From the NCBI GenBank assembly GCA_030647005.1, contig JAUSKG010000022.1:18196-82195 (forward strand): a DNA stretch of 64,000 nt, given 5' to 3'. This document shows positions 42,507 to 51,306 of this stretch, piece after piece. The notes below the pieces were generated by a model. That model was not told where the DNA came from and searched no databases. It worked only from the letters and a program-made list of their open reading frames with translations. This DNA is from a bacterium (lineage in GTDB: Bacteria; Patescibacteriota; Patescibacteriia; JACPHY01). Positions within the stretch are counted from its first letter, which is position 1. Every line of letters begins with the position of its first letter. The position numbers and the translations under genes are program-made.

Positions 42507-43475
42507 TCATGGAGCAGCTCCACCGGTGTCCTCATCTTCCATGATGAGGAGGACGATCGCGGTGATCGCAACGCTCGCACCAACTCCCAAGAGGATGTTC
42601 GCTCGCACGCCGGCAGCTTCGCCCTGCTCCTTCGCCGCGACCGCCTCGAGCTGTGTCGCGGCAATCGAGAATCCCTCCTGCGCAGACACCGTCTCCCATC
42701 CCTGCCACGCGCCGAGTCCGATTCCCGCGAGTCCGAGCGCGACACCGGACCACTCGGCGATCACGAGGCCGTAGGATGGTTTCTCCGGCACGTCAAAGTC
42801 ACGGAATGGAGGTGTCAACGGTGCGCGCGAAGGGTCGGAATGATCCACGTCCGTTGCGGGTGGCGGATCGTCCTGACGAGATGGCGGGACAGTCATCACC
42901 GCATTGTTCGGCGGAGATGGGAGGTCCTCGACAGCAGGAACGATGTGCTCGTCCGACGCATCTGCTCCCTGCGTGCGCATCGTGCGAAAGAATTGCTCCG
43001 CCTGTCGCTTGAATTCCCGCGTGAGCACTCCCGCACCACCGGAAACCTCGAAGGTTGCTCGGTCGCTCACCGTCGAGCTCGCGACACGCACGCGGAACAG
43101 CGTCGCCTGGAACACCGTCACCTCCAGCCGATCAATGGAGACCATGACGATGGACTGCACGCGCAGCGTGCTGCCGATCTGCGCGAGGCACAGGATATCC
43201 ATTGCGCATCCTTGGACGGCAACGACTGGCGAGAAGCCGAGCAGGCGTTCCGCATCGGTGATGGAAACGATATCGCCAAGCTGTCCCTCAAGGTGCGCGG
43301 TTACGAGGAGGATAGACGAGAGCTCCTCCGCCGTCGCTCCGGCAATCGCACCGTTCGCTATGACTGGCACCACGAAGGTGCGCTCGCGGGGTTCTTTCGC
43401 CTCAGCACTGCCGATCACGCTCGTCATGAAGACGAGGGCGATTGTACGCGCACACCACGTTCGCAGAAACTGCAT
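42507..43475 (-). CDS. hypothetical secreted/membrane-anchored protein
   Basis: Start MQFLRTWCARTIALVFMTSVIGSAEA (signal peptide; GGAGGA SD). The C-terminus is hydrophobic (GVALGLAGIGLGAW…ITAIVLLIM). The upstream 65 aa in the ORF track are spurious. Confidence 0.45.
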   Translation of the reverse strand: MQFLRTWCARTIALVFMTSVIGSAEAKEPRERTFVVPVIANGAIAGATAEELSSILLVTAHLEGQLGDIVSITDAERLLGFSPVVAVQGCAMDILCLAQIGSTLRVQSIVMVSIDRLEVTVFQATLFRVRVASSTVSDRATFEVSGGAGVLTREFKRQAEQFFRTMRTQGADASDEHIVPAVEDLPSPPNNAVMTVPPSRQDDPPPATDVDHSDPSRAPLTPPFRDFDVPEKPSYGLVIAEWSGVALGLAGIGLGAWQGWETVSAQEGFSIAATQLEAVAAKEQGEAAGVRANILLGVGASVAITAIVLLIMEDEDTGGAAP

Positions 43476-43545
43476 GGAAATCCTCCTCTCCGTACTCTCT
43501 CCTCCAAAGGACTTGCGCTGAGGATACCCTGCGTGCGGCGCATCG

Positions 43546-44373
43546 TCAAACGCGCGCCTGCGCGGCGCGGACGGTCTGCGCGAGGAGCATGGCGACGGTG
43601 ACGGGTCCCACGCCACCCGGGACCGGCGTGAGTGCGCCTGCGACCTCCGCGACATCCAGCGCGACGTCACCGACGACCTTCCCGTTCACGCGCGCCCACC
43701 CGACATCAATGACCGTTGCGCCTGCGGCAACCATCTCGCGTGTCACCATCCCGGGCTTGCCAGAGGCCACGATGAGGAGCTCGGCGTTGCGGCATGCATC
43801 GGCGAGCGCGGCCGTCTTCGTGTGTGCAATCGTCACCGTCGCATCGCGGGCTAAGAGCATCCCTGCGAGCGGGAGACCGACAAGACGCGACCTCCCAACG
43901 ATCGTGGTGCGTACTCCGACAATCGGTATGTGGTAAAAATCGAGGATGCTGAGTACCGCCGCAGCGGTTGCTGCGCGAAATCCCGGCTCGTTGAGGTACG
44001 CTGCAGCGATATTCGCGGAGGTAAGTCCATCCACATCCTTTGATGGATCAATAGCATCGAGAACGGCGTGCATGGCGATGGCACGAACGAGCGGGAGCTG
44101 TACGATGATGCCGTCCACCGAATCGTCATCGCTCCAACGCCGCACCCGTGCGACGAGTGCATCGGTCGTGCGCGATTGCTCTGGTACTGCGTCCACCGTG
44201 CAGCGCATGCCGACCTGCTCGACCATGCTCATTTTCTTTGCCACGTACGTCCGTGACTCCTCCCGATCTGTGGCGAGTACGACCACGAGATGTGGCGGTC
44301 GCACACACACCGATACGTCCGCGCGCACGCGCGCGAGTATCGCATCTGCAACGGGTTGACCACGAAGTACGGT
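43546..44373 (-). CDS. folD: bifunctional methylenetetrahydrofolate dehydrogenase/cyclohydrolase
   Basis: The body reads MTVLRGQPVADAILARVRADV...GIIVQLPL...IVGRSRLVGLPLAGML...VASGKPGMV. The N-terminal 145 aa of the ORF are spurious. Confidence 0.85.
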   Translation of the reverse strand, partial: TVLRGQPVADAILARVRADVSVCVRPPHLVVVLATDREESRTYVAKKMSMVEQVGMRCTVDAVPEQSRTTDALVARVRRWSDDDSVDGIIVQLPLVRAIAMHAVLDAIDPSKDVDGLTSANIAAAYLNEPGFRAATAAAVLSILDFYHIPIVGVRTTIVGRSRLVGLPLAGMLLARDATVTIAHTKTAALADACRNAELLIVASGKPGMVTREMVAAGATVIDVGWARVNGKVVGDVALDVAEVAGALTPVPGGVGPVTVAMLLAQTVRAAQARV

Positions 44374-44452
44374 CATAGAGCGATCGCTGCACCGATCTCG
44401 CAAATAGTGCGCAGATACATGCACGTATACGGCGACAAACAACTTAGGACAC

Positions 44453-44896
44453 CTACGAATGATCTGTGCGAATCTGCGCAGTGATCTCCTTAAACGCCCA
44501 CACACGGTACATGGTGAAATTCCAAAGCACGACGAGCGGTGCCGCGAGTAGCTTTGCGAGAAGGTCGAGGATCCCGAGCGTGGCAACACCAAGCGCGAGC
44601 ATCCCCTGCTCGATCCCAAGACCCACGACGGTGACGAGTATGAATTTCGCATACTGCACTCCGTAGCGCCGCTCGCGGTTCCCAAAACTCCATCGTTTGT
44701 TCCAGAAGAAACTCCACGTGACAGCCACAACGAACGCGAGCGCGTTCGCGGCGAGGTAATGCGCACGCCAGAACGTGGTTCCCCGCGTGAGCGCAGCGTA
44801 CATACCAAAATTCAGCGCCGTATTGCTGACGCCGATCGTCGCGTAGCGAATAAATGATCTGCGCAGTTCAGCGTTTACCAAGTCGGCGATACGCAT
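44453..44896 (-). CDS. GtrA-family membrane protein (polysaccharide-synthesis associated)
   Basis: RYATIGVSNTALNFGMYAAL...FFWNKRWSF... four TM segments, GtrA-like. Confidence 0.6.
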   Translation of the reverse strand: MRIADLVNAELRRSFIRYATIGVSNTALNFGMYAALTRGTTFWRAHYLAANALAFVVAVTWSFFWNKRWSFGNRERRYGVQYAKFILVTVVGLGIEQGMLALGVATLGILDLLAKLLAAPLVVLWNFTMYRVWAFKEITAQIRTDHS

Positions 44897-45212
44897 AGTG
44901 GACGATGAGTGCAATACATGCCAGTGTGACCGTCACGAGTGCGAGGAGCACAAAGAGCTGCTGCGTTGCGTGCGGACCGGCAGTCCGTGCGATCCGTGGT
45001 GCCGCAACCGCCACCACTCCCGACGTCACCAGTATTGATCCGAGCACGGTGAGTGTTGCGCGTTCAATCCAATCCATACCGCGATGGCTCGACTCGCTGA
45101 ACCGATCGTGGAAAGGAAACGCAATGTACGAAAGTGCAACACCCGGCAGCACGAACGTGAGGAGGACACCAACGACCACTTTGCCGACACGGAGCAGCAC
45201 GGGAATATCCAT
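44868..45212 (-). CDS. small hypothetical membrane protein
   Basis: Three hydrophobic helices; no recognisable family. Confidence 0.35.
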   Translation of the reverse strand: MDIPVLLRVGKVVVGVLLTFVLPGVALSYIAFPFHDRFSESSHRGMDWIERATLTVLGSILVTSGVVAVAAPRIARTAGPHATQQLFVLLALVTVTLACIALIVHYAYRRLGKR

Positions 45213-45251
45213 AGGTTCTCTCACACGAGACGCAACAACCGCCGCACACCG

Positions 45252-46205
45252 TCAGGCATGCACGATCAACCCATCAGCGTGCACGCGCAAGCTGGGGGCA
45301 AGATGACGTGCATACGTGAGCTGATGCAGGAGGATGGGAATTTCTTCCAACCGATCAGCAATGCGTACACCGGCATCGGCGAACGCAGCGACTTTTGACC
45401 GATAACTCCCACAACCAGCCGCAACGATCGCTCCCGCGTGGCCGAGGGTCGTCCCGATCGGCAGGGTCTCCGTAAAACGTCCCGCAACGACGGCCACGAC
45501 CGGCTTCGTCCATACACCGGAAGCGAGATACGCTGCTGCAAGCTCCTCGTAGGCACCGCCGATCTCACCAAAGAGCACGACAGCATCCGTATCTTCATCA
45601 TCCCGAAATGCACGGAGCATGTCCACGAAATCCGATCCAATGAGCACGTCGCCACCGATACCGACGGCCGTCGAGATACCGAGGCCCGCTCGCCGAAGCG
45701 TGACGGCAATCTCTGCGGTCATGCCACCACTCTTGGAGAGCACCCCCGTACGCCCAGGCGTAAACACCTCCGCAATCTCCGATGAACCGATGGCACCCAC
45801 CTTGCCCTTCCCCGGTGAAATGATCCCGACCGAACTTGGACCAACGACGCGTACCTGTGCGATCCGCGATGCCGCGATGATGCGCGCGCTATCCGCAACT
45901 GGTACGTGCTCGGTCATAATGACGATGAGCGGAATGCCCGCCGCAATCGCCTCGATCGCGGCGGCGTAGACGTGCGATGCCGGAACCACAATGAGCGATG
46001 TCGTGATCGCAGGATGCACACGAAGTGCATCGATCACCGTGTCAAAAACCGGTACGCCGTGGACGCGCTCGCCCGCCTTGCCAGGCCGTACGCCTGCGAG
46101 CACCACGGTTCCGTACGCGAGCATCTCTTTCGTCGCTCGACTCCCCTCACTCCCCGTGATGCCTTGAACGAGCACGCGTGTGTGTTCATGCACGAGAATA
46201 GCCAT
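45252..46205 (-). CDS. sucD: succinyl-CoA synthetase alpha subunit (CoA-binding/ligase-CoA domains)
   Basis: VLVQGITGSEG, SKSGGMT and GHAGAI (phospho-His loop) motifs. Confidence 0.8.
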   Translation of the reverse strand: MAILVHEHTRVLVQGITGSEGSRATKEMLAYGTVVLAGVRPGKAGERVHGVPVFDTVIDALRVHPAITTSLIVVPASHVYAAAIEAIAAGIPLIVIMTEHVPVADSARIIAASRIAQVRVVGPSSVGIISPGKGKVGAIGSSEIAEVFTPGRTGVLSKSGGMTAEIAVTLRRAGLGISTAVGIGGDVLIGSDFVDMLRAFRDDEDTDAVVLFGEIGGAYEELAAAYLASGVWTKPVVAVVAGRFTETLPIGTTLGHAGAIVAAGCGSYRSKVAAFADAGVRIADRLEEIPILLHQLTYARHLAPSLRVHADGLIVHA

Positions 46206-46214
46206 ATCCTGCTC

Positions 46215-47282
46215 CTATTGGTACGCGAGCTTACACATGATACGCGCGCTCTCCTCCATGGGCGTGGCGGAATCAAACGTATACATCTGATACCCTTCAT
46301 GCGCCGCGGCATCCTGAAGCATGGCGAACGCCTCCGTCTTTCGCGGGCCATCGCGACGCACGACGATGGGATACGTCGGCCGTGGCAGTATCCTGCGTAA
46401 CCCATCGAGGAACCCCTGCATCGTTCCGAGGATATCGGTGAAATTCGCCGTCCCACCAATAACCCAGCACCCGCGCAGTCCTTCTTGTGCAAGGACACGT
46501 ATCGTGAGATCACGCACGACATCGGCGGATGGATTCCCGGAGTACTCAGCGTAATTCGCGGGGCGACCGCCGTGTGCCATGAGTGCATCAACGTTGAGGA
46601 GTGAAGCACCGCCGCCGGACGCGATGATGGCGATATCGCCACCCAGCGAAAGGAAGCGTCGCTCCTGCGGCCGCAGGATATCATCGTCAACGATCACCTT
46701 CGCATCGCCCGCGATACACCGTCCATCTGGTGTCATGAAGAGCGGATTGATCTCTGCGAGGAGCAGTCGCTCCTCGGTGAAACACGTCCAGAGCCGTGCG
46801 ATACACTCCGCGAGCACCGCACGGTGCGCCGTTGGCACACCCGCACGATCCATGACATCCGCGATCGCCGTCGGCGCAATGGGTGCATCTGCCGTAATCG
46901 GCACGATGGTCGCGGCCTCGATCGCAACGCCACCGCTGACGCTCATCGCGAGCACGGGACCACGGGTCCGCGTATCATAGCTCGCGCTCACGTAGTACTC
47001 ACGTTCCGCAGACACGAAGTCCTCAATGAGCACCCGCTCAGCGCGCATACCGGCAATGTCCGCTTCAACGCACCGCGCAAACGCAGGCAGGAACGATGCT
47101 ACATCCTGCGCTACCTGGACCCCACCGGCCCTGCCGCGGCCACCGCTGCGCACCTGTGCCTTCATCACCGCCGGATACCGCCGCGCGGCCGGCACTACGC
47201 CACGATCCACGAGCACCCCATCGGGCACCGCGATACCGTAGCGCTGCAGAAGCAGCTTTCCTTCATATTCCATGAGGTCCAT
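46215..47282 (-). CDS. sucC: succinyl-CoA synthetase beta subunit-like (ATP-grasp)
   Basis: MDLMEYEGKLLLQRYGIAVP...VMKAQVRSGGRGRAGGV ATP-grasp N-terminus; C-terminal ligase-CoA domain. Confidence 0.75.
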   Translation of the reverse strand: MDLMEYEGKLLLQRYGIAVPDGVLVDRGVVPAARRYPAVMKAQVRSGGRGRAGGVQVAQDVASFLPAFARCVEADIAGMRAERVLIEDFVSAEREYYVSASYDTRTRGPVLAMSVSGGVAIEAATIVPITADAPIAPTAIADVMDRAGVPTAHRAVLAECIARLWTCFTEERLLLAEINPLFMTPDGRCIAGDAKVIVDDDILRPQERRFLSLGGDIAIIASGGGASLLNVDALMAHGGRPANYAEYSGNPSADVVRDLTIRVLAQEGLRGCWVIGGTANFTDILGTMQGFLDGLRRILPRPTYPIVVRRDGPRKTEAFAMLQDAAAHEGYQMYTFDSATPMEESARIMCKLAYQ

Positions 47283-47342
47283 AGATGAGTATCACGATAC
47301 CATGCACTCCACCGCGGAGCAATCATCGCGTGGACGAACGGA

Positions 47343-47876
47343 TCATCCGGCCTGGATGTCCCAGAACATCGGTCCGAAAATATCTGGAGGAAGTCGGTAC
47401 TCATCACCAGTATCCGACTCTGGATCGAACTGTTCGGTGACGAAGTAGATGAGCGACATCGGTCGCTCATACGGATTGGCCACCCCGTGCGCAACACCGG
47501 GCGGAATGCGGACCATGCGCGGACGCGCGGCGCCAAGCACAAACCGCATCTGCATACCCTGCGTGGGGGATCCCGTCCGGAGGTCCTTGAGACCCACGAG
47601 GAGCCGATCAGCAGATGGCACAAACCAAAAATCCGTCTGCTTCCGATGGAGATGCGTCGCTTTCACTGCGCCCGGAACGATCGTTGAGTAATTCACCTGT
47701 CGGATCTCCGCGTTTGCAGCACACTGGAGCATGCCAGCATCCAGACGACCAAGCTCAAGGAACGACCCCCCGTCATCTGCAAATTCCTTGAGCTCCAGCA
47801 TCTCCACACCGACGATCCTCTCACTGGGACCGTAGTGCTGTTTGGTGAGTTGTGCTTCTATGTGTGGATCGAACAT
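47343..47876 (-). CDS. dTDP-4-dehydrorhamnose 3,5-epimerase-like cupin (RmlC family)
   Basis: GVEMLELKEFADDGGSF...ATHLHRKQTDFWFVPSADRLLVGLKDLR matches the RmlC core. Confidence 0.6.
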   Translation of the reverse strand: MFDPHIEAQLTKQHYGPSERIVGVEMLELKEFADDGGSFLELGRLDAGMLQCAANAEIRQVNYSTIVPGAVKATHLHRKQTDFWFVPSADRLLVGLKDLRTGSPTQGMQMRFVLGAARPRMVRIPPGVAHGVANPYERPMSLIYFVTEQFDPESDTGDEYRLPPDIFGPMFWDIQAG

Positions 47877-47929
47877 ACGTGTTTCGCGGATAAACATGGT
47901 CGCACACCACATCTCCCGTCCCCGCCACA

Positions 47930-50497
47930 TTACTCCCTAATGAAATTCACGATCTTGTCCGGCACAAAAACAACGCGCACAGGATCGCGCTCCCCGAGGT
48001 GCTTGCGGACATTCGCCTCCCCGAGCGCACGCGCCCGCGCATCCTCCTCGCTCGTACCCGCAGGGACACGGATCGTCGCGCGGTGCTTGCCGTTCACCTG
48101 CACGACGAGGTTCACCTCCTCATCCACGATCAACGTGGGGTCATAGTGCGGCCAAGGGTGAGCAAGAACACTTTTTTTGTTCCCGAGCTTCTCCCACAGT
48201 TCCTCGGCGAGATGCGGCGCGAACGGCGCGAGGAGACGCAGAAAATCCGAGCGTATCGGTGAACCATCCGCAGCAAACTCTCGCGGATCGCGCGCAACCA
48301 AGTTCATGAATTCCATCATCGCGGCAATCGCCGTATTGAACCGCATTGCCTCAATATCCTCACTCACCTTCTTCATCGTCTTATGGAGTGCACGCTTCAA
48401 TGTTTTTTCTGACACTTCCTCAACGACGTGTTGAATTGGTCCGGTTGCATACGTCCAAACCTTTTCCAAAAACCGCCGACACCCCTTCAGCCCATCCGTG
48501 GACCACGGGACGGCCTGATCGAAAGGTCCAATGAACATCTCGTACAGACGCACGGCATCCGCGCCGTACTGCGCGATAATGTCGTCCGGATTCACAACGT
48601 TCCCACGCGACTTGGACATCTTCTCACCGTTTGCCGCCAAGATCATGCCGTGTGATGTGCGCTTCTGATACGGCTCCGCTACCGGCACAACGCCGATGTC
48701 GTGCAAAAACAGGTTCCAAAATCGCGAGTAGAGCAGGTGGAGCGTCGTGTGCTCCATGCCGCCGTTGTACCAGTCCACGGGGAGCCAGTGTTGCAGGAGC
48801 TCTTGGGACCATCGTCCCTGCCTGTCATTGCGAGGAGTCCGCGACGCGGCAATCCCGGTCAATGGAGTACGCGGAAACAACTCCCCATGCATCGCATACG
48901 CTAGGAAGTACCACGACGATCCCGCCCAGTTCGGCATGACATCGGTCTCACGTTTCGCCGGTCCACCGCACCGGGGACAATTGGTGTTCACGAACGAAGC
49001 AATATTCGCAAGCGGCGACTCCCCCGTATCCGTCGGCTCATACCGTTCCACCTCGGGCAACAAGATGGGGAGCTGATCCTCCGGTACAGGCACCGTCCCG
49101 CACGCCGCACAGAACACCACCGGAATGGGCTCACCCCAGTACCGCTGCCGCGAGAACACCCAATCGCGAAGCTTGTATGTCACGGTCATCGTGCCGCCGA
49201 CGGCTTCCGTAATCGCTGCGCGGGCCTCATCGCTGCGCATGCCGTCAAACGCTCCGCTGTTCGTGAGCAGGCCATCGCCGGTATAGACCTCTTCATTGGC
49301 CGGGATTGCCACGTCGCTCGCGGATTCACTCCTCGCAATGACCGTCGTGATATGCAACCCATACTTCTGTGCAAAACCAAAATCCCGCTCATCATGCGCG
49401 GGTACCGCCATAATGGCACCAGTGCCATAGGAACCGAGGACGTAGTCGGCGACCCAGACGGAAATCTCCTCGCCGTTCGCGGGGTTCACGGCGGTGATGC
49501 CGGCGGCAACACCGGTCTTCTCGCGCGCATCTGCGGCGCGGTCCATGTCGGTCACCTTTCGCGCGGCCGCGACGTACGCGCGCACGTCATCGGACGCTTG
49601 CCAACCGGCATCCATCCACCGCTGCGCGAGCTCGGGTGACACGACGAGGAACGTCGCACCAAAGAGCGTGTCCGGACGCGTCGTGAAGACGGAAATCACC
49701 ATGTCATTGCGAGGAGTCTGCGACGTGGCAATCCCGGCGTTTACTGTTGATGGCCAGGATTGCTTCGCCCCGACCAGAGCGCCGGGGCTCGCAATGACAG
49801 AAAACGTGATGTTCGCTCCCTCGGAACGCCCGATCCAGTTGCGCTGCTGCGCCTTCGCGGCTTCGATGTAGTCCACGTGGTGAAGACCATCCAAGAGCTG
49901 CTCGGCGTACGCGGTGATCTTGAGCATCCACTGTTCCTTCTCGCGCTTGTCCACGACGCCACCGCACCGCTCGCACCGTCCGCCGACGACCTCCTCGTTC
50001 GCCAAGCCAATCTTGCACGAGGGACACCAGTTGATCGGCACCCGCGCCTTGTACGCCAAGCCGCGCTCAAGGAGCTTGAGAAAAATCCACTGCGTCCACC
50101 GGTAGTACGCGGGGTCGGTCGTGTTCACCTCGCGCGACCAGTCAAAGGAAAAGCCGGCGGCCATGAGCTGCCGCTTGAAGTTCGCGATGTTCCGCTCGGT
50201 CGTCACGCGCGGGTGCTCACCGGTCTTGATCGCGTAGTTCTCCGCCGGAAGACCGAACGCATCCCACCCCATGGGGTAGAGGACGTTCTTCCCCTCCATC
50301 CGGTGCTTGCGCGCGATAACATCCATCGCCGTGTACGAGCGCAGATGCCCCACGTGGAGCCCGTCGCCGGACGGGTACGGAAACTCGACGAGGAGGTACT
50401 CCTCCTCGCCTCGTGCATCGTCGGCCGCGTGCGCGCGCTGCTCGTTCCACACGCGCTGCCACCGTTCCTCCATGGCTCCGTGATCGTATTTCGCCAT
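47930..50497 (-). CDS. leuS: leucine--tRNA ligase
   Basis: PYPSGDGLHVGHLRSYT (HIGH), KMSKSRGNVV (KMSKS) and the editing domain are present. Repeat-element insertions lie in-frame (see repeats). Confidence 0.95.
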   Translation of the reverse strand: MAKYDHGAMEERWQRVWNEQRAHAADDARGEEEYLLVEFPYPSGDGLHVGHLRSYTAMDVIARKHRMEGKNVLYPMGWDAFGLPAENYAIKTGEHPRVTTERNIANFKRQLMAAGFSFDWSREVNTTDPAYYRWTQWIFLKLLERGLAYKARVPINWCPSCKIGLANEEVVGGRCERCGGVVDKREKEQWMLKITAYAEQLLDGLHHVDYIEAAKAQQRNWIGRSEGANITFSVIASPGALVGAKQSWPSTVNAGIATSQTPRNDMVISVFTTRPDTLFGATFLVVSPELAQRWMDAGWQASDDVRAYVAAARKVTDMDRAADAREKTGVAAGITAVNPANGEEISVWVADYVLGSYGTGAIMAVPAHDERDFGFAQKYGLHITTVIARSESASDVAIPANEEVYTGDGLLTNSGAFDGMRSDEARAAITEAVGGTMTVTYKLRDWVFSRQRYWGEPIPVVFCAACGTVPVPEDQLPILLPEVERYEPTDTGESPLANIASFVNTNCPRCGGPAKRETDVMPNWAGSSWYFLAYAMHGELFPRTPLTGIAASRTPRNDRQGRWSQELLQHWLPVDWYNGGMEHTTLHLLYSRFWNLFLHDIGVVPVAEPYQKRTSHGMILAANGEKMSKSRGNVVNPDDIIAQYGADAVRLYEMFIGPFDQAVPWSTDGLKGCRRFLEKVWTYATGPIQHVVEEVSEKTLKRALHKTMKKVSEDIEAMRFNTAIAAMMEFMNLVARDPREFAADGSPIRSDFLRLLAPFAPHLAEELWEKLGNKKSVLAHPWPHYDPTLIVDEEVNLVVQVNGKHRATIRVPAGTSEEDARARALGEANVRKHLGERDPVRVVFVPDKIVNFIRE
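48824..48858. repeat. half-copy of GTCATTGCGAGG…GCAATCCCGG repeat, in-frame inside leuS
   Basis: gtcattgcgaggagtccgcgacgcggcaatcccgg. It is translated in LeuS as GIAASRTPRND. Confidence 0.6.
49703..49798. mobile_element. complete 96-bp palindromic miniature element with 11-bp terminal inverted repeats GTCATTGCGAG/CTCGCAATGAC, inserted in-frame in leuS
   Basis: gtcattgcgaggagtctgcgacgtggcaatcccggcg…ccaggattgcttcgcc…ggggctcgcaatgac. Length is 96 nt (32 codons) and encodes VIASPGALVGAKQSWPSTVNAGIATSQTPRND, absent from E. coli LeuS at this position. A nested GGCAATCC/GGATTGCC pairing lies inside. Confidence 0.7.
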
Positions 50498-50583
50498 ACC
50501 CCTGCATCGTAGCACGGGTGTGCGCGCATGGCAGTACCGCTCCGATGTCCATCGGAGCGGTACTGCGCGGTTCCTGTTTTTTC

Positions 50584-51222
50584 TTACTCTCCTGCGGATG
50601 CATCGGCGGCGGACGGCGCAGCATCGGGTGCTCCCGTGCCTTCCGGTGCCTGCTCCAACGGGTTCGGCTCCTCCGCGACGCGCTGTTCTGCCGACGCGGC
50701 GAGGATGCCCTGAACGACGGTGCTGTTGTCGCGGAGGGACTCCGTGAAGAGCACATGCTCACGATTGATCTGCATCTCGTCCGTGGGACCATGGAGCTCG
50801 CTGCCGAGCTTCACGAGTGCGACATTCGGTGGCGGCTCCGGTTGCCCGGCGTCGCGCTGCTGGAGTGACGGCGAGACCTGGAGGTAGTACACGTCACGGA
50901 GCACGAGCGATTCGCGCGTCCGTTCCGTCAGGTGCCCAAAGTACACCTGCCCGTTCGTGAGAAACACCGCGCTCCAGGCACTCGGCGGCGTCGCTCCGGG
51001 CACGGACACCACGCCGAAGACCACGAGCGCAAGCACGACGACCGCTGCCACCGCAACCGCCCACGGCGTGAGCGCATGGACCGACGCAGGCGCTGCGGAC
51101 GGTTTCATAACCGACGCAGTGCCAAACGCCCCCACCCGCTTCGCTGGCACGCGCCGGCGCGGGGCCTTCTGTGACGACTGCATCCCATACTCCTGTTGTT
51201 CTTCCATAGCATCAAGCATCAT
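50584..51222 (-). CDS. hypothetical single-pass membrane protein
   Basis: One TM (WAVAVAAVVVLALVVFGVVSV) plus an extracytoplasmic domain; acidic, Pro-rich C-terminus. Confidence 0.35.
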   Translation of the reverse strand: MMLDAMEEQQEYGMQSSQKAPRRRVPAKRVGAFGTASVMKPSAAPASVHALTPWAVAVAAVVVLALVVFGVVSVPGATPPSAWSAVFLTNGQVYFGHLTERTRESLVLRDVYYLQVSPSLQQRDAGQPEPPPNVALVKLGSELHGPTDEMQINREHVLFTESLRDNSTVVQGILAASAEQRVAEEPNPLEQAPEGTGAPDAAPSAADASAGE

Positions 51223-51306
51223 GACGACGAATCAGCAGCACGTCGCTGCGCGACTCGACATGATGGTTACGGTTACCCACATCGCTTCCATTGTACCACA
51301 GCACGA

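Noticed and set aside
47930-50515. Possibility that the in-frame elements in leuS indicate a pseudogene
   Set aside because: The reading frame is intact across both insertions. The HIGH and KMSKS motifs and the editing domain are all present, and the insertions are exact multiples of 3.
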